DNA from: a virus
Strand: one strand, 5' to 3'
IMG/VR virus record: IMGVR_UViG_3300049846_000430
Coordinates: 32,001-96,000 of that record
Length of the DNA: 64,000 nucleotides
The notes beneath the pieces are model-generated. The model made no database searches. It saw only the letters and a program-made list of their open reading frames with translations, and was not told where the DNA came from. The position numbers and the translations under genes are program-made. Each line of letters opens with the position of its first letter. Positions within the stretch are counted from its first letter, which is position 1. Of this stretch, positions 31,901 to 38,600 are shown one piece after another.

Positions 31901-32613
31901 TTGATGAAAGAACTTATGATTTTTATAAATTGGTTAAAGTCTATACATCAACAGGAATTGATACACAAAACTTGATATCAAAAGATCCAAACCGATTGCA
32001 CATTTTTGGAAATGCAGCTATGTATGTCAAAGTAAAAATGAAAGGTTCTAATCAACAGAATCCAATAGGGTTTATGTTTGATACTGTAAACTTTAGCAGA
32101 CCTGATTACTTTGACGTAAGAGAAAATGTTAAGAAAAAGAATCAAGAAGAAGGTGATGAAGATATTACGATTCCAGGAGATGGAGAAATAGATGAGGGTA
32201 ATGTAGATTTTAGCAGCATGCCTGGAGCAAGAGTTGATGAGAATGGAATAACTGTAAATGGTAAATCTGTTACAGTTAATGAAATGATTGCAGCAACTGC
32301 CGCAGTAATTACTTCTACAGAAGATGTTACTGAATCTGATTCCAATGTAGAATCAGAAGTTGCGGGTCCACCTGTTAAAGCTGGAACTCTTACTAGTTTG
32401 CTTGATGATGATGATGAAGCATCTGATTTGTTTGATTTCTGGACAGAGAATATTGAAGATAATAAAGAAGCAATAGCAAAACTGAAAGCTAATGGGATTA
32501 AAGGAAAGAATGATGCGGATCCAGAAATTCAAGACTTCTTTAATGCAAGACGTAATAATAACTATAAGAGTGATCAAGATTTTCTAGATTACATTAAAAG
32601 TTGTATCTTATAA
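16945..32613 (+). CDS. Giant virion-packaged DNA-dependent RNA polymerase (crAss/phi14:2 gp66-like) with a zincin domain
   Basis: 5222 aa. RIPSQ (28756) ... GADFDIDK (28867-28890) matches the crAss-type two-barrel RNAP catalytic loop. TAMTDNAKE downstream. Zincin YHEAFH (23602-23619) plus EEYLADKF. Hydrophobic A/G-rich N-terminal region. Confidence 0.9.
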   Translation: MELNNNMIPVAPDNMPSADQQLNGNPYVIDAAPGTDPSENFNFQPVSDFFESPTNSDLVIGVDEDYLNMLRPLSTSVNKYINPPNGNLRNPYPTYASDTYNPYSQQRGLNLSTREGRLAALKNPGATAEIFTPGGPAQPEIADPVYSSIRDTNFDRYYAHPKFEELGWQPYANNEEYYNANSSTWDDSVRMWGQFSGLFGTGFVSGYRSIADLFDGDDYLSTADLDSATEFSDAMRIGMSSREGFMAGINNFALNSAYTFGIIGSIAAEELALALMASTGVGAIPAAARTGANVTRAGRAIVNFFDVGKALNATRQMLKGLNQADRARDFYNTMRSGGKFVGDFFLPETMAAIRSMNTTQNGVQNLSNLSKAARGFGGFYRDLRGINLAMSESKLEAGMVYNDKFADISANLNEKNGGTGLTPTDVAKAHDVAAKSSFATLWWNAPLIYLSNKIVLGTALGGMNKTLGRVFDEKLTGFGKRLIRTKPLTDASGKISRDVFEDAGEGMFGGLLPSMKRIKGYTVGGSLKAAGHGAARYFAANLTEGAQELAQEAIAVGTKDYYTQLFEDPAAAGYDVFKTALSSAISSQMNAQGFETFMSGFMMGGVVQGPQKLLFQGLPNAMQYTFNREAYDKYKTAKNDYIQNLVKTHNEAWNTMADDPTAMFDPTKLNFLVQKQVASEMKQSAYVDDVFGFIDAKDFGKFNQMYTIFSNGTANQFKDQLQGFQSLTDEELNQAFPGFKADIKSGKFRERIDTTLNQIDETEKAYNDAQNKFQNPFDSRKFKKGTKEFIDEALKERAFEHAKYLYMFTQDGFKRAVERAESIYSEMASEPVISKIAANDLSVLMDIDSINNELAVLLKEASIEATTPEEEKIAADKTERMMHLTEIKKVLTDPGNLNSNGILDRRKINKLYKPFQNYVNFLAKSKNDFVNKDAVVNALKKISDYNALKERAKVYDKAIEYLNNPERLTEMVNRTRAIFEDLFRNNKTMFEKNIKKHVKNLEANEFLNKLVKIGVYPNADQVVEFLKTGDVNVLKEFFSEDGVVDVMNDPKRFLQIAGLVRSYNEITGKEEVKEETEEEPEEEAAEPGAKQKSFEDTLDDLDIDTSSMPGVKPKPAKETVVETNDPSQSPYGKKILEEVYNKYRAEQLAIGNTYLPYNEWAKTEKTQTVIAALQALKVAWAKTVTKESLAKRGTDVSTPQLAEAAIKFVIKQDVGFSQWLQSKKDEPSVRKVLDEAGLTFDALAPVAPGKNEGKDSVVKDKKNTKWHKKGPGVNILKITSSDNEGNKTTYYQLVDNNGDGLSEAILKAAGVSINGTYSKAKAAEEAQKKILDAMPDTTPFQFDGVMVRFGATVTDNKGKEFIVLGTPSKVAKGGKLFLLPKEKQTLKGVKEREKASIKVSEGEFNGFYTVEDLKFSEPVDKNVSKLTVVDLLKSYPRNNRGEERAEAQKRFDIIMNAVTAEEFENDIEFVVRRNEGAGSETGPYRAGSKEPNPQIIKTTETYNIGIRIGNPALQQRLDAMLEEKGFVPSDSADGIIGFMPNNSYKLLDKNGKQISILSLDPENFDQYFGGRGTLQDIKTAYATQQLLVNAISELIGEASFAVVKPSELKDKVTFSFQSLYKQDALPISLDQLNDYYGTEDGKGYTVDGKNVIIYDNKRVRTEKGYSYSTTVVSNLKPGKRLSDLSDKIEDELKASGKWEKATDPVAGLGRYVIVIRQPNGELTLAQLKQNKIDKEEVYGFIKELVQRAQDTVDNNIENIDDLPRNALGVITNTKDARAKNLDYNYKWNEEFNNKFYLAEMPGIDVEMKVTAWGRIEISFYDKKNKESLTAAPLKIFPELFAKALADPQELLDKIQSLLDSDPTLKKQKISVQPQNFRASFPESRDAQVIIDNTKTQLDPRVRFDYKIIVTGDSSQVQALANISTPITPEDITAAQGPVSEDTLEHIAKKLNTPGSTLSKYEQEIYNINQSRIEKIRKDLAGKSSLDTSEDTYDGINQMSDDEFNSYADDEFMMLPLDIKNQIAAKILKTGVASLSARERQVMNSDAGSMINGLVSKLVSEAVNTPSEVAPVTEETFTQGNEIEQIKAEIASLKLQIDAREELLMKESSNPKESFTKINNDSELKALKKRRNDLNNKLIANKILPAAPLTPYDGETIQQFVDWATNNLPDFISIADINTLRGNLMGKGVRVGAFVLSLADIAGGINVQGTLYTGASSPFRYHEAFHAVFRMLLTDEQIKKYLALGKKELLAKYKAEGKSYQAEMEKFRNTAPMYREMTPERLEQEFIEEYLADKFEEFKKSPAKTQTAPEIKSLFQRIIEWIKSIFKRFTKNELNSLYENIDSGKYRTTAVQDNMFTNSLVKGITVEANKLIPIETYEDERGNIGYKYMDPAAADGLIANIAAMYISREDKAIAASKNGLINRGEILDETIIDFMVMYNPEAEHNSTLDRSLWAPLFEKFNALKDYTEFVKQGVIERLALLDVSAEEGAYDFEQFEQEAGLRNVSDYKRGVEQIGGFESISKELRRYIGSTTITNADEFGNTELTPGESLIVPVDFNEAYNGILKAVKNTTNPLDFFTKMYFFGQTNRQTEAVVRRLFQDIGVTDEQILNDDLPASVKNPLLFQRVLKGFESFRLDYIFIHTNPKDGKTYIYSAANRDDTSAQIDRWSAAYDIKFQNMVNNIKTWRETKRILARVEKYFNPAEAFETLSDRRLQIISRYLSRNLYELTGIKLSAGYIEFSIASGIINKTRYQNALLRANQKSEALNYDDIKQFAIQIEAAYNDAIKNRGYTSIFSDTAGVGMPARLRRMAFGNAPFDETIGNSVFKNPNGDLVYAHQAATYHLKAITDLNDVETLERLQESDPFLFNNILLNSPAFKALAAEDRLRVLRVAGSKKSALDKTDEGNYAETGGINVNDEATTYGDSSPRQFILNLINSYTYNYNHTTGKNDTIIAIDPITGEEKETAIAPSLIRVIEASNTGDMTGLPVIQTITTDDNGETVLKDETIDMFYDEVKREYERIRREGKEETRTKDLLEGYNAKDGVRVDKNADSKDDQSRAYKFTKTGTLLKEFEGTAGDKSKIKDPTMPEETAQRLVEGTQSIIVRRAKAASTIGLTRKGASGSATVTTKDKKGNDVNTGFTIINRGQVIVTEKNFKKILDSLGDAVSVDKTDTHKYKFEYKNKVGYVETPDLASFLNGYEPFYVYDMYKEGTEIPKNVLKDIEKSDSQPIDYKSRLEAYARNSDVEDLSFEEAIVKMNTTVADFKQFLNTRLMDEFKEFSKTLDEIKAKKGLSKFVTFGLTNEDGRTNSETARAAAQLNLTTDVEYNLMQIFFNDWLNTKALNQILLGDSAMSLKDAVDEIKRAKMQNAAGKSAAATIIAPEYGINHIFQQMSLFTFTDTEFEKIYSGANAKGERGDAQMYLTPKGLRYILFGLGNLNEAQVKLLDKIERGDKITADEFFGTVGEDGFKDQGAVFNSLKLVYGDGKTYLKMSAVILTKELTSRKVNGQWVAKETRKELHNMRVKLEQFEEENQTVTIAGGRSAVKMLKQNVLRDTDMFSEGLLSKDNATILDTNFMRLQLVNPSNKIVITDPTQMKTLITSEQSDNVEVLLPGSDKVTTLGAIREKYNEAISNRSKLKFINRRNLIFNFDIDVAMDELHKSVKSGQITANLFSFLQYATESLKASQSSSNILEFFNPENQDRYNLNNPLTITKFEQLFLRYFNNGVFSEKIPGHSVALMSDVGVKIYRRVFSVETLEDGTIVPDRFEVIREKVWEAMPDKPPVVFDVTDNPTLQGLEEAIKASGKKGVVIIDNLRHNLKEYNEKGKYTKTRYSEALIPAHFKDVMTHVEDSVDDPKSAEEITQEWKAWINEERWSPKAKAYIIRQNIEDFDRNRSKKEFAKAFGYTYEENEKGNVKFTAREKSKYMNEIPDAVAKMFGIRIPSQDKHSAVNIKVVDFLPVFYGSTGIFPPQLIEISGADFDIDKLYIHIKQWFMENGDFVEYGTAKNDKDGYQQYINYVNQEVYKGGSAFAEAFEKYMSDQGVTERNQLSIEDILDARDAGFNADAVDALMMLGLPVTLKQYKAYKKKNQSEPYEAPYNNQVLDYKFALLGNEHVTNTPGRNVPISYEPADLEPLKEVWDFIKDELPELAELVKEEGVDIDNLFGKLKAWTNNKEGANSIGAVVLPNIYLSLMKEYDISIRREKVGKLGETIPQITLNGYTFRHFGKDPEDPQITGNYEIVDGKENKNGARRQYVISALITAMTDNAKERLAAKLGLNKDALAVVANLTALGVPIKTSILLINNPIIKEEYFNAVNKEDPYDPGIKSLIRRRLKNLDEVFGPDIPLVPVTDDLLKESIINARVFNDFSQSKSFNVNILKELKKENLYTLTDASIDKSILTQFYNAHKLKTFTGNIGNIVNLVSDIGSSFEDIIGREESIRKLGLELNDEDFENLVDDDDAPVPIDVRKLFKGDTWQATYYKMYKELTEQLLPTVFLSQTKAFKNIYEKLKAAFLGGDDSNFFMTPERLNKMSKDFLSYLTIKSYMQELGRSNGIRKQSLASLTNELIYPQANSDININKIISNLKAKYEAEGRTNYFLQAFAYNDPASSPKNNTGLDTVIASTFAKLSEAQKIKVQDGFIDLYGPAETRLDALHILHYIMVKDGLQFAYGTLLDAITPFILDKYLSTINNTHKAFETGVDTKAFETVFGMDYEDLINDFIMNYMESNKNNYLLKTIKSVVNKKNIPVYNPIVSDAQITGTLTLGEVVSNPQNFYVFGENQNEEGYVDQLAVRGQSNTFGLIFKKGFARNKENYFKDKELDEFVKIFSAGIAFLKTVEKPILFPARIIGANDREYMQKNTPEIYKHIKNTLIDNFDYDIDGVEKVAGTVSKAEAAKSPIRIDKSGAAEKLYIDLYNGIYQINIDAEGTKIQRNAVAGPKQKEMREANQKYIQDAGFKTRTFIKKEGDKKEFTTEIILPPYFRIEHKNQLDERTYDFYKLVKVYTSTGIDTQNLISKDPNRLHIFGNAAMYVKVKMKGSNQQNPIGFMFDTVNFSRPDYFDVRENVKKKNQEEGDEDITIPGDGEIDEGNVDFSSMPGARVDENGITVNGKSVTVNEMIAATAAVITSTEDVTESDSNVESEVAGPPVKAGTLTSLLDDDDEASDLFDFWTENIEDNKEAIAKLKANGIKGKNDADPEIQDFFNARRNNNYKSDQDFLDYIKSCIL

Positions 32614-32616
32614 TAT

Positions 32617-35600
32617 ATGGCGGCAAGATGTCACAATAGAGCAACCCCTGAGTATAAAGCTTTACTTCAGGAGTTTAAAACAAACATTGCAACAGACAAT
32701 GTTATAACCAGTTGGCAAGATCTTAATAATACAAATGAGTTTCCTACTGTATCACAAGCACAAGAGTTTTTAAAGCAGTATAAAACAAGTGAGTCTTTAA
32801 GAAAAAGAGAGTTTGCTGAAGCACTTCTTTCTAACTTATCAAGATTGGGATATGCTAAAGCTGGTAAAAATGGATATTATGTTACAAACAGCAATCAACC
32901 AGGCGGCATATTTGATGAGAATGTTTTAAACTCTAATAGAAACAAAATCATCAACTACTTGATGATGAATAATATTCCTGTTGACTCAGTAAGCTTTTCT
33001 GACACAACCAAAGGAGAAACATACTTCATATCTATTGATGATGCAAGTCTTTCACAAAGAGATATATTACCTAAAAGAAGAGGGTTTGATGAACCAAAGA
33101 CAGTTAAGATTTTAAATCATCTCAATAATCTTTTTCCAGAACTTAATATTCAAATTGCTACAATCCAAGAAGCAAGAAACTATTATGATTCTTTGGATCC
33201 TGCAATGAAGGCTAATGTAAAGTTTGAAGATGTCAAATCTTTTTATGTAAGAGGTAAGGTTTATTTGGTAAGAGGAAGAGTAACAGATAACACAGCCATA
33301 GAAGAAGTACTTCACCCATTTGTTGATGCACTCTTTATTCAGAACAGAGCCTTGTTTGATAACTTACTTAAAGAAGCAAGAACAAACTTTCCAGAATTAA
33401 ACAGAGAGATTAACAGAGTTTATTCTGAGATGAATGGTTTTACTCAAGAAGAAAGAGATCTGGAACTTGTAACTCAATCTCTTACTAGACATTTTGCAGA
33501 TGAGTATGAGAAGGCACCTACAAAAACATTCATGGATAGAATCCGTGAGTTTCTTGAATGGTTTAAAACTGTTATTAATGATTTTCATAAGTATCTGACT
33601 GGTGTAACAATCCGTAGAGCAGATCAAATAGTATCAGCCACCACTCCAATTAAACCAGGTGTTGCAGAACTATTTGAATCTAATCCTAAATTAGCTACTT
33701 CTGTATATGAAGCTTTAGGATTTACTGAAAAAAAATATGCAGATAAACTAAAAGGAATTGCACAAAGAAGAAGTTTAGCTACTAAAGAGGATCTTGAAAA
33801 GTCTCAGCTTATTAAAGATCTGGTAGTAAATGAGTCTCAACCTAATGAATTAAAACCAAATAAATCTGATAAAAATCTAGCTGCTATAATGCTTTATGGT
33901 GAGAGATATGATGATTTATCAGATACAAGAACATCTGAAGAAGATTTTGAAAATTCTTCAGATTATAAAAAGTCTCAGTCTGAGTTATTAGCTTACAGAA
34001 TATTAAACAATTTAATGTTTGATGTTGAAGAATTAGCTTATTATGAAGACATCATCAAACAATATCCGGAATATGCTTCAACATTATCTACCAATGAAAA
34101 TCCTGTAAAAGATTTTTTTGAAAATGATATATTTGAACAAGCCGAAAAAGAAAAGTTTGAAATAACTTCAAAGCAAAAACAACAAGCTCAACAACTATAT
34201 TCCCAATATCTTGATACTATATTTCCTGATAGTAAAGTAAAGGATATTGTTTATCATGGTACAAATTCTAAATTTGATAAATTTGTAATACCTGAAAGAA
34301 CTTTTTCAGAATATGATGATGAATTAAAAAAAATGGTTCAGCTAAAAGGTAAAGGGGCTGCTTATTTTACAGATAAAAAATCTTTAGCAGAACAATCTGG
34401 AAAGAGTAAAAAAGCAGAAAATGTTTTATCTGCTGTTATAAATTTAAAAAATCCAAAAGAAACAACTAGTCAAGTTGGAGTAGATGATAATATTATAAAT
34501 CTAAGAAAGAGTTTTGATGGGTATGTTTATACTAATATAAAAGCAAACTATATAGTGCAAGCTGTATTTGAACCAGAACAAATCCACATACTAGGTAATC
34601 AAGAAGACATAGAAGGATTTAAAGAGTTTGCATCTAAGGAAATACAGGTTACTCCTACATTAGCAGTTGGAGAAATTAAACCGATAGCTAAACTTACTGA
34701 TATTGCAAAGCTTCTGAATACCAGCATGTTTAAGTTTGATCTTCAAACTGAAGATAGTTTAAGAGTTAGATATGCTTTGAGTGATAGAAAACAAAAGCTG
34801 GTTGACAAAGCATTAGACTCATCTAACGAGGTTCAGAAGAATGTAATTAATAGATTGTTTGGTATAGCCAGGACAAGGGATGAAAGTATTGATTCTCTCT
34901 CTGCAAACATATACAGCCCTTATGAAGATTCAAGTATTGTTGTTCTAAACAAAGCTGATCACACATATATTGATATAACTACAGGTGATATATATACCTC
35001 TGTAACTACAGCAATCAAAGGAAAGTTAAAGAATGAAGAGGATGTGCAATTAAATGTTACACTTGGTAATGACTTTGATTTTATCATGGATGGTATTGTG
35101 TCAAACATGACACTGAAAGATATCCTTGAGTCTGGAGAGATAAAGATTCTAAATGAAGAGCAGGTTGAAAGAGCTTTTAATGATCTTCAAGAAAAAATTC
35201 AAGACCTTAGATCTGATGGTTCAGTTGCAATATCTCAAGTAGTATTGTTTGATCAAGCCACTAAGATAGCTGGTACTGCTGACCTTGTACTCATTACTCC
35301 TCAAGGTAAACTTAAAATTCTTGACTTAAAAACAAGTAAGAGTTGGTATGCCACCATGAGAGAAGAATATGATAAGGAATGGAATCTAGATGATGATAGT
35401 GTTTTAAAATCCAGAGGTATTGCTGATAAACTTTCTACAAGACAGCAACACAACCTGCAGGTTAATCTCTATAGGAGAATGGCTGAGAACATGGGTTATG
35501 ATGTAGCTACAGATGAATATGCAACATCAACCTATCATATCCATGTAGACATTACCGGTAAAGGTAAAGAACAGAAGTTTGAGGGAACATTTGAAGTTGA

Positions 35601-38600
35601 TGGTTGGGTGCCGCATCCCCCTAGTCAGAACTCTGTTTATGTAGATAAACTAATTCCAGTTGATTACATGAATAGAGATCCAGAAATGACTGCTGCAAGA
35701 CTTGGTTTAGATTCTCCAGAAGATTTTGATCCTGATAACTTTTTAGATCCTGAAGAACAGTTGCCTGAAGATCTTACAGATGAAAATGACTATACTGAAT
35801 TCAACACTATCTTTAATGCTCTAAATCAATACAAGACCGGTCTTTTAAATAGAAGACAAGCAATTGAAAGAATAAAGAGTGGTATCTTTATGGATAGAAG
35901 AACTGAACAGATTATTGAAAATATAGATAATACTGTTGGTGCTATTATGGTTGCAATGAGTGAGGGTGGTGCATTAGTATCTTCCACATATACTGATCTT
36001 CTCAGAGATGCAATCAAAGAAGTAGATCAGTTTACAGAGTACATGCTAGACCCGTTAAACTTTGACAAGAATGAGTATATCAACTATGCACTCAACTTTG
36101 ACAGGTTCTTGGTAACATTCAACGGCCTTACTGAGATACAAAAATCAGATGCTGTAAATGCCACACAAGCAAAACTTCTTCTTACTCTTGAGACAAAACT
36201 AAGAAGTCTTGGCGGAACAAAAACAAAGACTGGTATCATTGATGCAGCTATTATGAACTATGTAAAGGAGACTGTTAGAAATACAAGTAGCAGAAACTTT
36301 ACAGAAGCTGAGCTTGATGAGTTAATGAGAACAGCAAAAGATATAGGCATCTTAGATCTTGGAACCAGAGATTTAGCTACATCTACAGATACACTTCTTG
36401 CTATAATGGATAAGATCTATAAGGCCAAGAAACAAGAGCTTTATGATAAGATTGATGCTAGAAATGAAGAGATAATCAATGCTGCAAATAAACTTTTAAA
36501 ACTTTCACCAACATCAAATAGAAATGAGATTTATGATTTTATGTTGGAGTTTGATGATCAAGGAGGATTCACTGGCAGATATGTAAAAGCTTTAGGTAAG
36601 CAGTATTATGATAAGATTGATAAACTAAGAGCTGAACTTTTTGATGAAGAAGGTAACTGGAAAGAATACAGAGAGATTGATGATTTAAGAACAGCCAAGA
36701 AAGAAGACATTGATTATAATAAAGCTTTATATAAAGCTAAGCAAGCTTATACAGATTTCTGGAGAGCAGAAACAATTGGGACAAACGATAACCCAATTGA
36801 TGGGGAATATCATGGATATACTTCTGAATTTAAAGAAGCTAGGGCAAAGCATGAGGTTTTTGTTGCTGAAGGAAAACATGGTTACTGGGTTAGAAAGAGA
36901 GGTATTTCAGACAAAGCATATCTCAACTATAAACTTAAATACTTTGATACATTTGAAACAAAGTTTGCTGTTAAAAAAGATGGTGTCTTTACTGGTAAGG
37001 TTACAGATGGTACTATCCAAGTTCCTAAAGTAAAATACAGATTTGCCAGAGAGATTAGCTCTAAGGGTGAAGATATGCGTAATGCAAAGTATACAGCAAT
37101 CATGAATCCTACTGATGCTTTAGGTGAAGCAAGAAAGGAATTCTATGAAGTGTATGTTAAAAACTTTGAGAATGATCTTCTTAATAAACTTCCAACTGGT
37201 GTAAGAGATCAGATGCTTGGGAGAGTTCCTCTTGTGCAGTCTAATTTGGTTAACAGTCTTAAGGAAAAAGGAAACCTGTTTACAAAACTCTGGAGTAAAA
37301 CAACTAGATCTGTAAGAAACTTAACAACAGAAACTTCTCATATGAGAAGAGTTGTTGTTGATGAGACAGGTCAGTTTGTTGATACGCTTCCCATATTCTA
37401 TGTAGGTAATACTAGAGATGATCAGGCACTTGAAATTCTTGAAGCAAAGCTGGACCAGCTTAACAAAGAAAGAAAGATGGGTGCTGTCAATGCCATTGAG
37501 TATAAGAAGCAAAGCATGGAGTTAAATGGGAAGATTACTGATATCAAAAATAAACCTGCAACTAATGAGATAAGCAGAGATATGGGAGATAGTCTTCTTA
37601 AGTTTAGTGCTATGGCTGAGCATTATGAAACCATGGGTGCAATTGAAGACACCATGAATGCTTTTCTATATGTCATTGAAAATAGACAGTATGAATCTGC
37701 AGAAGATAATGTTACCAGAATAGCTAGATACGGAAAAGAAAACATAAAGGTATTTCAAAAGAAAGGTAGTACTGAGGCCAATGTCATAACAAGAGCTAAG
37801 AAATTTATGAGTATGGTCTATTATGATAGTGATGAAATAACAAAAGGTAAGTGGGATAAAATATCTGATTTCATTATCAATACATCATCCATGACATATG
37901 TAGCCTTTAACCCTTTTGGTAATATAAATAACTATGTGATGGGTAGACTTAACAATAACATTGAATTGTTAGGTCAAAGATTTTTTACAGCTAAGTCCGG
38001 ATTAAGAGCAACACAAGAGTTTAATAAAAGAGCTTTACCTGATGTAGCTAAAAGATTTGGAATGCATGGTTACAAGCTTGGTATGGGAGGTCAATATGAC
38101 CCAACTAAACCAATGAGTAAATATGAAGGTTTTGTTGACATGTTTAGAATGATGGATACAAAGTCTGATATCCGTGAGACAAGAGGAAGTACTGCTCAGA
38201 AAAGTTGGTTTGAAAGTTTCTTTATTGAAAAACTTGGTTATGGTCTTCAGGATGCTGCAGAATACAACGTGCAGACAAAGGTTGGTATGGCCATGGTTAT
38301 GGATACCATTTTAAAGAACAAGACAACTGGTGAAACACTTAGTCTTTATGATGCTGCTGAATTTGATTCAGTAACACATAAACTTAAATTCAAAGATGGA
38401 TTTGATACTATAGTTAAGAAAAACGGTGTTGAAGTAGCTTTTGATGACAAGTTTAGATATGATCTTAGAAACAGAATCCGTGAGGTAAACAAACAGATTC
38501 ATGGTAACTATGCAAGAGAAGACAGGATGGTTATTCAAGCTAACGCACTTGGTAGACTTGCTGCACAATTTCACAAATGGGTGGCACCAGCTATTAGAGC

